From: a virus | Taxonomy: Duplodnaviria > Caudoviricetes | Strand: one strand, 5' to 3' | IMG/VR virus record: IMGVR_UViG_3300037722_000240 | Span: 1 to 64,000 of that record | Length of the DNA stretch: 64,000 nt | Part shown: one piece after another, positions 17,659-24,107 of the stretch | Layout of the letters: every line of letters starts with the position of its first letter | Numbering within the stretch: the stretch's first letter is position 1 | Position numbers and translations under genes: made by a program | The notes under the pieces: model-generated | The model's database searches: none | The model's input: the letters and a program-made list of their open reading frames with translations, nothing else | What the model was told of the DNA's origin: nothing

Positions 17659-17731
17659 GGGCCCATAGCTCAGGGGTTAGAGCAGCCGGCTCATAACCGG
17701 TAGGTCGTAGGTTCAATTCCTACTGGGCCCA
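17659..17731 (+). tRNA. tRNA with CAU anticodon, most likely tRNA-Ile2 (lysidine type); elongator Met not excluded; CCA not encoded
   Basis: Acceptor GGGCCCA/TGGGCCC, D-arm AGCTCAG-GGGTT-AGAGC, anticodon loop CTCATAA (CAT 17692-17694), T-arm GTAGG-TTCAATT-CCTAC, discriminator A; lacks the initiator C1-A72 mismatch. Confidence 0.92.
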
Positions 17732-17734
17732 CTA

Positions 17735-17989
17735 CACCAGTATTACACCGTGGAACAACCATTTATAATGGTAACCGGTAAGATACTGGTGGATATAGAC
17801 GCTCTGCCAAGCGGATTGACTGAGTACCACTCCGTCGGCACCAAGATAGCAACACCATAGACAGTAAGTGTACCACTTATGTTGCCTTGGTAGCCTACCC
17901 CAACATATGGGTAGCATTACCGGGTGTTATAGGAAGTAGAATAGAGGGTATATAGAGTACCAAGGTGCTTTGGCAGAGCGCCTTTTTTT
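17735..17989 (+). ncRNA. candidate structured RNA downstream of the tRNA, ending in a U-tract
   Basis: CACCAGTAT/ATACTGGTG (17735-17791); CGCTCTGCCAA 17800-17810 pairs with TTGGCAGAGCG 17970-17980 around nested stems; T7 at 17983-17989. Confidence 0.55.
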
Positions 17990-18014
17990 ATTAATCTTTA
18001 TGGTTCAGATGTCC

Positions 18015-18038
18015 TAATTTCTACAGACAACCCGTTAC
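18015..18038 (+). promoter_or_regulatory. TAATT-N14-GTTAC motif, copy 5
   Basis: TAATT 18015, GTTAC 18034; just after the U-tract. Confidence 0.6.
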
Positions 18039-18394
18039 CGGTGGTGCGAACCAGGGTTTAGGGGTTCGCTGATATCAACTTACGATACTGGTGCAGATAT
18101 CGCTTTAGTGTGGGAACCGGCTGTTTGGGACGGTGGTACCTAGGGCGTATACCAAGTTGTACCATATTTGTGGTGCGCGTACTAGTGAGATACTGGTTCC
18201 CATACTCTTCCATTTTAAAGGCGTCACGCTCAGACGAGCGTATAGTACAGGAACCGGAAAATCTGGTAGTATACCTGGTAGTTTCGATATGATTGGTTAT
18301 TGAAATACAACGTACCATATAGTATACTAAGATGATGGAAAGTGTGGGGTCTGTGTACCACAAAAACCGGTTCGATTACCAGGAGGATGGTGCA

Positions 18395-18907
18395 ATGCGT
18401 AAGAAACGAATAGCCATACGCGAAACTGGTACAGAGTTTGAAACTGGGGTCGTTTTTAGTCCAAGCTGGGACGACTTCAAAGCAGTGTTAGGCAGACTTT
18501 GGGAATTGGGCATGGAACCAGAAATCATGCCATATAACACATCAATCCAAGAAACATTGAGAAACCGGTCTATAGCCAACAAAGTGGTTCCTGATATGTT
18601 GGCTAAGGCAGAGTACCGAAAACTTCACGAAAATGCACCTTTTGTGGTACAAGCTGGTCTATGGGTTATTGCATGTTACAATTACAAATGGTGCAGAGGC
18701 CCTTATCCTGGCACCATAAAGAAATATAGGGCACCAAAGCGGAAGCCTGTAATGGAGTTTCGGTGCCCTTACTGTGGTAACATATGGACACCGAACCCCC
18801 GGTTCAAGAATAGAAAGGTGATACTATCACAATTTGCTTCTTGGATTGCGAACCACAAATCGTGCAATTCCGTTACTCACATTGAGTTAGCACCAGGAGT
18901 AGTATAA
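18395..18907 (+). CDS. hypothetical protein with Zn-finger (track start 18332; RBS favours 18395)
   Basis: AGGAGG before ATG 18395; CPYCG...H..C motif. Confidence 0.75.
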   Translation: MRKKRIAIRETGTEFETGVVFSPSWDDFKAVLGRLWELGMEPEIMPYNTSIQETLRNRSIANKVVPDMLAKAEYRKLHENAPFVVQAGLWVIACYNYKWCRGPYPGTIKKYRAPKRKPVMEFRCPYCGNIWTPNPRFKNRKVILSQFASWIANHKSCNSVTHIELAPGVV

Positions 18908-19389
18908 TGAATATCTTCTATTTGGACCAGGAACTAGACAAGATAGCTGAGTACCACGCCGATAGGCATGTAATCAAAATGCCGGTAGAAAGTGCACAAA
19001 TGTGTAGCACCGTAGCAAGAGAACGGTGCGGGATTGATGTTGGTTATAAATCAGTGTTTATCAACCATCCTTGTACCAGATGGACGGCGGCAAGCCGAGA
19101 AAACTGGTCCTGGAACCTATCTCTTGCAACATGGTTGTGTGCTGAGTATACGCACCGCTGGGGCAATATACATGCCACAACTGACGTTATTGTGGAACTT
19201 ACTGAGCACAAGAACCAGATTTTGAAACATCTACCAGATGTTCCTTTCACTGAACCACCAAAAGTGGTTTCTGCTGAATTCAAGCACTTGCCAACAGTGG
19301 ACGCGTACCGGCAATACTATATTGTAGTGAAACAACGACTTCACAAGTGGACCAATCGACCTATACCAGAGTGGATTCCAAATGAATGA
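18907..19389 (+). CDS. pyrimidine-dimer DNA glycosylase / endonuclease V-like phage protein
   Basis: MNIFYLD...AEYHADRHVIKMPVESAQMCST, NHPCTRW, AYRQYY, KWTNRPIPEW. Confidence 0.75.
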   Translation: MNIFYLDQELDKIAEYHADRHVIKMPVESAQMCSTVARERCGIDVGYKSVFINHPCTRWTAASRENWSWNLSLATWLCAEYTHRWGNIHATTDVIVELTEHKNQILKHLPDVPFTEPPKVVSAEFKHLPTVDAYRQYYIVVKQRLHKWTNRPIPEWIPNE

Positions 19390-19474
19390 CGATACGGTCC
19401 GTAAGTTAGTTTGGTGGTTAACGTCTCAACCTTGGTGGCCTGAGATATGGGAATATCTAAGGAGGAACCAATGA
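19382..19474 (+). CDS. possible 30-aa Trp-rich peptide (not in ORF track)
   Basis: MNDDTVRKLVWWLTSQPWWPEIWEYLRRNQ; overlaps both neighbours as in coupled genes. Confidence 0.4.
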   Translation: MNDDTVRKLVWWLTSQPWWPEIWEYLRRNQ

Positions 19475-19680
19475 GTCTGATTGAAGACCCAGAACAACAC
19501 GACTGTACCGGCGAAGTCCTAGAGATACCGGAGGATTATTATGATTACAAAGATAATGATGGACCGTACCGAGAGGACGATATTCGAGAATGGAGTTCCG
19601 GTAGCGAATCTGTCCGAAGAGGTAGTGATGACGTGTCCAGAGTGTTTGGCACCAGCGGTACGGGTCATCACCCTGCATGA
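19471..19680 (+). CDS. acidic hypothetical protein (RBS favours start 19471)
   Basis: AAGGAGG RBS; overlaps the next ORF. Confidence 0.45.
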   Translation: MSLIEDPEQHDCTGEVLEIPEDYYDYKDNDGPYREDDIREWSSGSESVRRGSDDVSRVFGTSGTGHHPA

Positions 19681-20005
19681 TAAGATATACTACGGCCATT
19701 CTGGTACAGGGGGTGATTTCGGCCATATGTGCGAAGCTGACCCGATAGATGCACCAGACGCTATTACCATTCTGGAATACGGAGAACCGCGGTACCTAGG
19801 ATGGGAGCACCACGAGTATGAATCCGAACCAGAACCAGGAAAGCCAGAAGAATATCCTGATTGGGTTCAAGATTTTCTGGATAGTATAGATAGTGATGAC
19901 CCATTCGATGACCCAGATTATCGGGACCAGTTAAACAATCCTGATAATTGGATTTCTGGTTTAGATGATGAAGATGGTCCCATTAGCCCAATAGGGAATA
20001 TATGA
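19541..20005 (+). CDS. hypothetical Zn-binding acidic protein (start uncertain)
   Basis: CPEC...H..C motif, Asp/Glu-rich tail. Confidence 0.65.
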   Translation: MITKIMMDRTERTIFENGVPVANLSEEVVMTCPECLAPAVRVITLHDKIYYGHSGTGGDFGHMCEADPIDAPDAITILEYGEPRYLGWEHHEYESEPEPGKPEEYPDWVQDFLDSIDSDDPFDDPDYRDQLNNPDNWISGLDDEDGPISPIGNI

Positions 20006-20196
20006 TGTGTGGTGCGTGTGACACCAAAGCATCTATTCGAGCCCGAAAATGGGTACAGGAAACCCGTGAACGAGTTATGAACCAGGAGGCCGCCAATGCT
20101 TTACTACGTTTGTGTCCGCACCAAGAGTTCAATAAGAAAGTGTTTGGTTCAAGCACCAAACGGGTTTGTCGCTGTGATGTATGTAATCTTGCATGA
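20002..20196 (+). CDS. Cys-rich hypothetical protein
   Basis: CGAC...CPH...CRCDVC; ATGA overlap. Confidence 0.7.
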   Translation: MMCGACDTKASIRARKWVQETRERVMNQEAANALLRLCPHQEFNKKVFGSSTKRVCRCDVCNLA

Positions 20197-20362
20197 CATA
20201 CAACATCCACTACGAACCGAGATTAGAAACGTGGAGGTTGAACCATTCTATGTGTACCAAGACCGTTATGTAGATGGTTATTACTCAGGTTTCTATATGT
20301 ACACTGTACCAAAAGATTTCGAGTATAATCCGGGAGGTACAAACCGCATACAAGAAAACTGA
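20096..20362 (+). CDS. hypothetical protein (true start probably internal, MYVILH...)
   Basis: Tyr-rich protein-like C-terminal part fills the gap before the repeated leader. Confidence 0.5.
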   Translation: MLYYVCVRTKSSIRKCLVQAPNGFVAVMYVILHDIQHPLRTEIRNVEVEPFYVYQDRYVDGYYSGFYMYTVPKDFEYNPGGTNRIQEN

Positions 20363-20399
20363 ACCCGAACCAATTAATTTCTATCAGGAGGAAAACAAA

Positions 20400-20510
20400 A
20401 TGAACCAGTACCCGTATCTAACAAGGATGATTAAGTTGTCATGCTTGCTGTGGAAAATTCGGTACGTTATGCGAACCATAGTGAACCAGAACCAGGAGGA
20501 AACAAAATGA
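20400..20510 (+). CDS. 36-aa hypothetical peptide
   Basis: AGGAGG RBS, ATG 20400. Confidence 0.5.
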   Translation: MNQYPYLTRMIKLSCLLWKIRYVMRTIVNQNQEETK

Positions 20511-20737
20511 CACTATATACAGTACTTGTAATGATTGACTATGGTAACGGCAATATCCTAAAGAAACTGTTTTTGGTACAAGAATTAAATCCAAAAGATG
20601 CTGTGAATAAGGTATTAGCGTTACCAATGTCTAACAGTACAGCTCTTACATTAACAATAGAGTGCCGGACCACGTTTTCTGATATTAAGAAGCCGGTATT
20701 TCTTGGACATATGGCTTCAGTTCCTGTGAGAGAATAA
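20507..20737 (+). CDS. hypothetical protein (RBS favours start 20507)
   Basis: AGGAGG RBS; last + strand gene before the terminator. Confidence 0.7.
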   Translation: MTLYTVLVMIDYGNGNILKKLFLVQELNPKDAVNKVLALPMSNSTALTLTIECRTTFSDIKKPVFLGHMASVPVRE

Positions 20738-20753
20738 CCGAACCCGAACCACC

Positions 20754-20777
20754 TAATTTCCACCGGGAGCCAGTTAC
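20754..20777 (+). promoter_or_regulatory. TAATT-N14-GTTAC motif, copy 6 (overlaps terminator stem)
   Basis: TAATT 20754, GTTAC 20773. Confidence 0.55.
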
Positions 20778-20801
20778 CTCCAGTAGCTGGTTCCCTTTTT
20801 T
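20765..20801 (+). terminator. intrinsic terminator ending the left-arm transcript
   Basis: 13-bp stem GGGAGCCAGTTAC/GTAGCTGGTTCCC, 5-nt loop, T6. Confidence 0.85.
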
Positions 20802-20893
20802 ATTTGAAATCATGGTTCAAAACGAGGCTAAAGATAAATCGTACTCAGATATTGGTATTATATGCTATAGTAGTATGTATAGTATAGAGTATA

Positions 20894-20975
20894 GGGTACA
20901 AGGAGTATGTTTACTGGGTCAATCAACGTTTTAGGGGTACAATGAACATATTTATTGGGACAATCAACCTTTTCT
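20894..20975. repeat. degenerate 41-bp tandem duplication
   Basis: GGGTACAA...TTTA.TGGG.CAATCAAC.TTTT at 20894 and 20935. Confidence 0.65.
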
Positions 20976-21077
20976 TGGTATGTACTGACAAACATACACT
21001 TTGTACCATATAGTTGCACAATTCTATCGGAATATGCGTAAATGTACCATTATTGACAAATGGCTACCAGGTTGTGC

Positions 21078-21563
21078 ATATCATGGTACCTAAGACCAGC
21101 AACCCTAATTGCTTATACCTTTCCTGTTACCGTAACCAGTGGTACCTATACTATATAGCATAAAGGGATTATTGAACCATGGGTCCATTTTTAGTCGCCC
21201 ATGAACATATGTTCTACCGGGTTATTGGTACATATATTCTAATTGCTAATTTGAACCGTGTTACTGGTACACTGGTACCCATATATATACTATACATATC
21301 GTGGTACCGGGGAGCCTAATCGGGGCGAACTGGTATCGTGGTACCAATGCTGATGGTAGTGGTGCAGATTTTGTGAAAGTACACTAACCAGGAAAATGGT
21401 ACCAAATATCCACATTTTCTAATTGGCTTAACGGTACCGTTACCGGGGTATCATGGTACCACACTTTCTAATTGCCAATGTGGTACCGTTACTTTGATAT
21501 CGTGGTACCAGATATTCTAATTGCCTCATTGGTACCGTTACTGAGATATCATGGTACCGGAAA
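21078..21563 (+). repeat. GGTACC-rich degenerate array with three clear 49-bp tandem units
   Basis: Units start 21417, 21466, 21515 (TTCTAATTG..GGTACCGTTAC..RTATCRTGGTACC); degenerate units upstream; 12 GGTACC between 21085 and 21558. Confidence 0.85.
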
Positions 21564-21727
21564 CAGCGAAAATTTTTTAGAACCAATGTTCTGGTTCCTG
21601 GGCGCGATTCTTCTTGGCGGATATTAGAACAGGGGTTCTAAACGCGGATCGAAATTAGCACGTTCGTTCTATAAGGGATTGGAGTCAACCTCACAACGTT
21701 GCCGAGTCAATTTAGAACGGAAGTTCT
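21203..21727. promoter_or_regulatory. cluster of GAAC-N4-GTTC operator-like palindromes (LexA/SOS-box consensus)
   Basis: GAAC-ATAT-GTTC 21203; AGAAC-CAAT-GTTCT 21579; AGAAC-AGGG-GTTCT 21626; AGAAC-GGAA-GTTCT 21714; one-mismatch AGCAC-GTTC-GTTCT 21657. Confidence 0.6.
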
Positions 21728-22379
21728 ACAGGAAATCAACCTCAGCGAGTCGCGCTTGTCCGCGTCCGCCAGCAGTCGGCCATTGCAAAATGGCCTCCGC
21801 GTTTGAGACAAAGGCCGCGAGAATTCCCAAGAAAGCGGCCGCGGGATATTCGACAGACTCGCCGTTGGCGCCAGTTAGAGTCAGACTCTGGATTGTGTAT
21901 CCTGACTCTTGTATGGCGTTATTCAGCAGCAAACCTTTGAGGGTTGACTCTGCTGAGCGACGAGTCGGGCTTGGCAGTTGGCCGCTTGCAATGCTGAGAG
22001 CGAAGTAGCTCAGCACTTGAAACGCCTCAGCGACCGCGTTTGATTCGGAAACTTGACGCGTCGCGTATGCGTGACGAATTGCTGGAGCATTGCGCCTTAA
22101 CTCGCGGCCGTTCGCGTCGCGTGCGGGTTGCCAAGCCTCCAGCACAACCTCGCGACTTTCCTTGCCAACACTCCAGACAACCCTACCGCTGACCGTCCGA
22201 TTACCGAAGGTCTGAGTTGTCGCATTGGTCATTGGAGCCTTGCTGTTGTCGTTCGGCTCACGCCTCCGACTGAAGTCGCGAATGACAGACTCGAAACTTG
22301 CCAGAATGTTAAAGCATACCGCAACAAGTGCGACATTGGCCTTAACGCTGGCGTTAACCTTTACTTGTTTCTTTGCCAT
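21726..22379 (-). CDS. GC-rich hypothetical protein (217 aa)
   Basis: AAGGA RBS, Ala-rich protein-like composition, flanked by an 18-bp inverted repeat. Confidence 0.75.
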   Translation of the reverse strand: MAKKQVKVNASVKANVALVAVCFNILASFESVIRDFSRRREPNDNSKAPMTNATTQTFGNRTVSGRVVWSVGKESREVVLEAWQPARDANGRELRRNAPAIRHAYATRQVSESNAVAEAFQVLSYFALSIASGQLPSPTRRSAESTLKGLLLNNAIQESGYTIQSLTLTGANGESVEYPAAAFLGILAAFVSNAEAILQWPTAGGRGQARLAEVDFL

Positions 22380-22450
22380 CGTAACAGATTCCTTAATGTT
22401 GACGTTGTGAGGTTGACTCCTAGGAGTCTACAATCTCGCGAGATTGTAGA

Positions 22451-22660
22451 CTAACTCTTCACTAGCAAAACAAGAATTTGATACTGGACTTTGTCTAGCA
22501 TAGCTCGATACCGTCTAGCTTCGTTCGATTCGAATTGTGCTAGGCCTCGAGTCGCGTAGTGCATCGCGTAACGATTCGCAGACGATTGATGACTCTCGAT
22601 AAGATTCAACAAGCGGCCGCGACGTGCCTTAAGTTCGTCAAGCTCCACACTCTTTAACAT
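22451..22660 (-). CDS. hypothetical protein (69 aa)
   Basis: AAGGAG RBS upstream; helical basic protein. Confidence 0.65.
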   Translation of the reverse strand: MLKSVELDELKARRGRLLNLIESHQSSANRYAMHYATRGLAQFESNEARRYRAMLDKVQYQILVLLVKS

Positions 22661-23069
22661 TGGTAACTCCTTAAGGTTGTGGATTGTAGACTCTTAGGAG
22701 TCAACCTCTTCGCGTGCACGCGTCCACGCGTACACAGTTCGATTGTCTGAGGGATAAACTCTCGCCGCCTATTCGAGTCCTTTGCAGAATCTCGCGGAGG
22801 GCATATTGGAGTCTATCATGTTAACGTGCTACCACTAGTCTATCACACATTCTATATGAATAGGGTCACGGTAATCTTAAAATATTCAAACTCGATACCA
22901 GACCTCCGGCATTGATTGCTTTAAGGTTAGACTTGACCCAATGTTAAAGGAATGGAACCCCGCCCAATTACTGAAAAAAATGTCACTGGTTCTGGGCCAG
23001 ATGGCGGCTGTGTACCCCAATGACAATGAAGGACCTTTTATTATCGGTATCGGATTGTGCCAATAAATG

Positions 23070-23095
23070 AAAAAGCCCCCTAAATAAAGGAGGCT
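23070..23095 (-). terminator. intrinsic terminator at the end of the structural/lysis operon
   Basis: Minus strand AGCCTCCT-TTATTT-AGGGGGCT-TTTT. Confidence 0.7.
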
Positions 23096-23271
23096 GTTGT
23101 AATATTGTATATAAAATACTAAGCTTATCGGAACAGTAGTATAAGTATTACATGATAGTAGAATATAAAACTAAAGGAAAGGCTAATCAAAGTTGATATT
23201 AATCCTATATAATGTGCTCAATATTCTTGGCATAATATATTGCTATACATCTACTACTACCTTTAAAGGGT

Positions 23272-23463
23272 TTAAACTGCACCTGGGTCACTGGGGCGGC
23301 CCACAGAAGCTAAATGGTACTGATTATCCGTCGCATATTCCTCTGCATCCTCTTTAGTATCAAAAGAAAGCATATATTCGCCGTCATATAGAACATCTTT
23401 TCTATTAACATACTGTAGCACCCAGCCCCATTTTTCATTGATGTATACAGGAGTTAGTTTCAT
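23272..23463 (-). CDS. hypothetical protein
   Basis: 63-aa ORF, same strand as the lysis module. Confidence 0.6.
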   Translation of the reverse strand: MKLTPVYINEKWGWVLQYVNRKDVLYDGEYMLSFDTKEDAEEYATDNQYHLASVGRPSDPGAV

Positions 23464-23514
23464 AGCACAGCCTATTGTACAGCGTATTGAGGGTAGAATG
23501 AGGGGACTTTAGTT

Positions 23515-23736
23515 TTAAGCGCCATCAGCGGTAGATGGGCGGTCAGTAAGGTGTACATGATAATTACCTCTTACAATTACACTATCAGTACCAGACCACT
23601 GTGGAGTATATGGATAATACACCCAATTATTATAGGACTGACGCCACTCTTTACCGCATACCCTACAATAACACACATCACATACAGCACAGTAATCTAC
23701 TGAATGTTTACAAACAACATGATTATGCTTATTCAT
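23515..23736 (-). CDS. Cys/His-rich hypothetical protein
   Basis: GAGGA RBS; H..C.H...C..C..C.C..C. Confidence 0.65.
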   Translation of the reverse strand: MNKHNHVVCKHSVDYCAVCDVCYCRVCGKEWRQSYNNWVYYPYTPQWSGTDSVIVRGNYHVHLTDRPSTADGA

Positions 23737-23756
23737 TTCTTCCTCTCCTATAATAA

Positions 23757-24107
23757 TTAGATACCGAATATCCGCAGAATAAATGTAATAATACCAATAC
23801 CAAGAGCAATTATCGACATCAAATTAGCACGGTTAACAGATTCTTGGTCGGCTTTGCCCGATGCTATATCCGAAAGGGCCTCTAACTTATTTATTCTATT
23901 TCCTAATTGTTCTATATCCGCCTTGGTTCCCATAGTTGCCTGCTGGTCTTTTATAGTTTCACGAAACTCATTCATCCCCTCTAGTCGGGTATTAATAGTT
24001 TGCTCAGCTTTGTCAACAGCCCGTTGAATATCTAAAAATCTTTGGTTAAAATGCTCCTTTAGAGAAACCCCGTCTTTATGAGTAAATTGGTCATTACCTT
24101 TAGTCAT
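23757..24107 (-). CDS. holin-like / membrane-anchored coiled-coil protein
   Basis: Coiled coil plus a single C-terminal TM segment, coupled to the endolysin. Confidence 0.6.
   Translation of the reverse strand: MTKGNDQFTHKDGVSLKEHFNQRFLDIQRAVDKAEQTINTRLEGMNEFRETIKDQQATMGTKADIEQLGNRINKLEALSDIASGKADQESVNRANLMSIIALGIGIITFILRIFGI

Larger units (their letters stand above)
21681..22708. repeat. inverted-repeat set and 28-bp perfect palindrome
   Basis: GGAGTCAACCTCACAACG 21681-21698 inverted at 22403-22420; 22409-22435 inverted (26/27) at 22682-22708; AGTCTACAATCTCGCGAGATTGTAGACT 22425-22452. Confidence 0.85.

Noticed and set aside
17735-17989. tmRNA, RNase P RNA, SRP or 6S RNA
   Set aside because: No tRNA-Ala-like ends or tag ORF, no GAGGAAAGUCC, and no SRP GCAGG...AGCAG loop recognised; kept as an unknown ncRNA candidate
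16164-20763. Alternative-frame and antisense ORFs (16164, 16477, 16969, 17239, 17732, 18058, 18110, 18376, 19034, 19044, 19457, 19983, 20274, 20439, 20539)
   Set aside because: Shadows of better-supported genes or of the structured RNA region, expected in GC-richer DNA
21053-21084. sigma70 promoter from TTGACA at 21053
   Set aside because: No acceptable -10 at 16-18 nt; TATCAT is 20 nt away
577-21541. Integron attC or Xer dif sites for the TAATT-N14-GTTAC motif
   Set aside because: No GTTRRRY/RYYYAAC paired cores, no dif consensus, and no integrase in the window
21078-21563. CRISPR array
   Set aside because: Units abut each other with only short variable parts; no unique 30-40-nt spacers and no cas genes
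21679-22454. + strand ORFs 21679, 22128 and 22225
   Set aside because: Antisense to the RBS-supported 217-aa gene in GC-rich DNA; TTG or weak starts. Cannot fully exclude an antisense transcript
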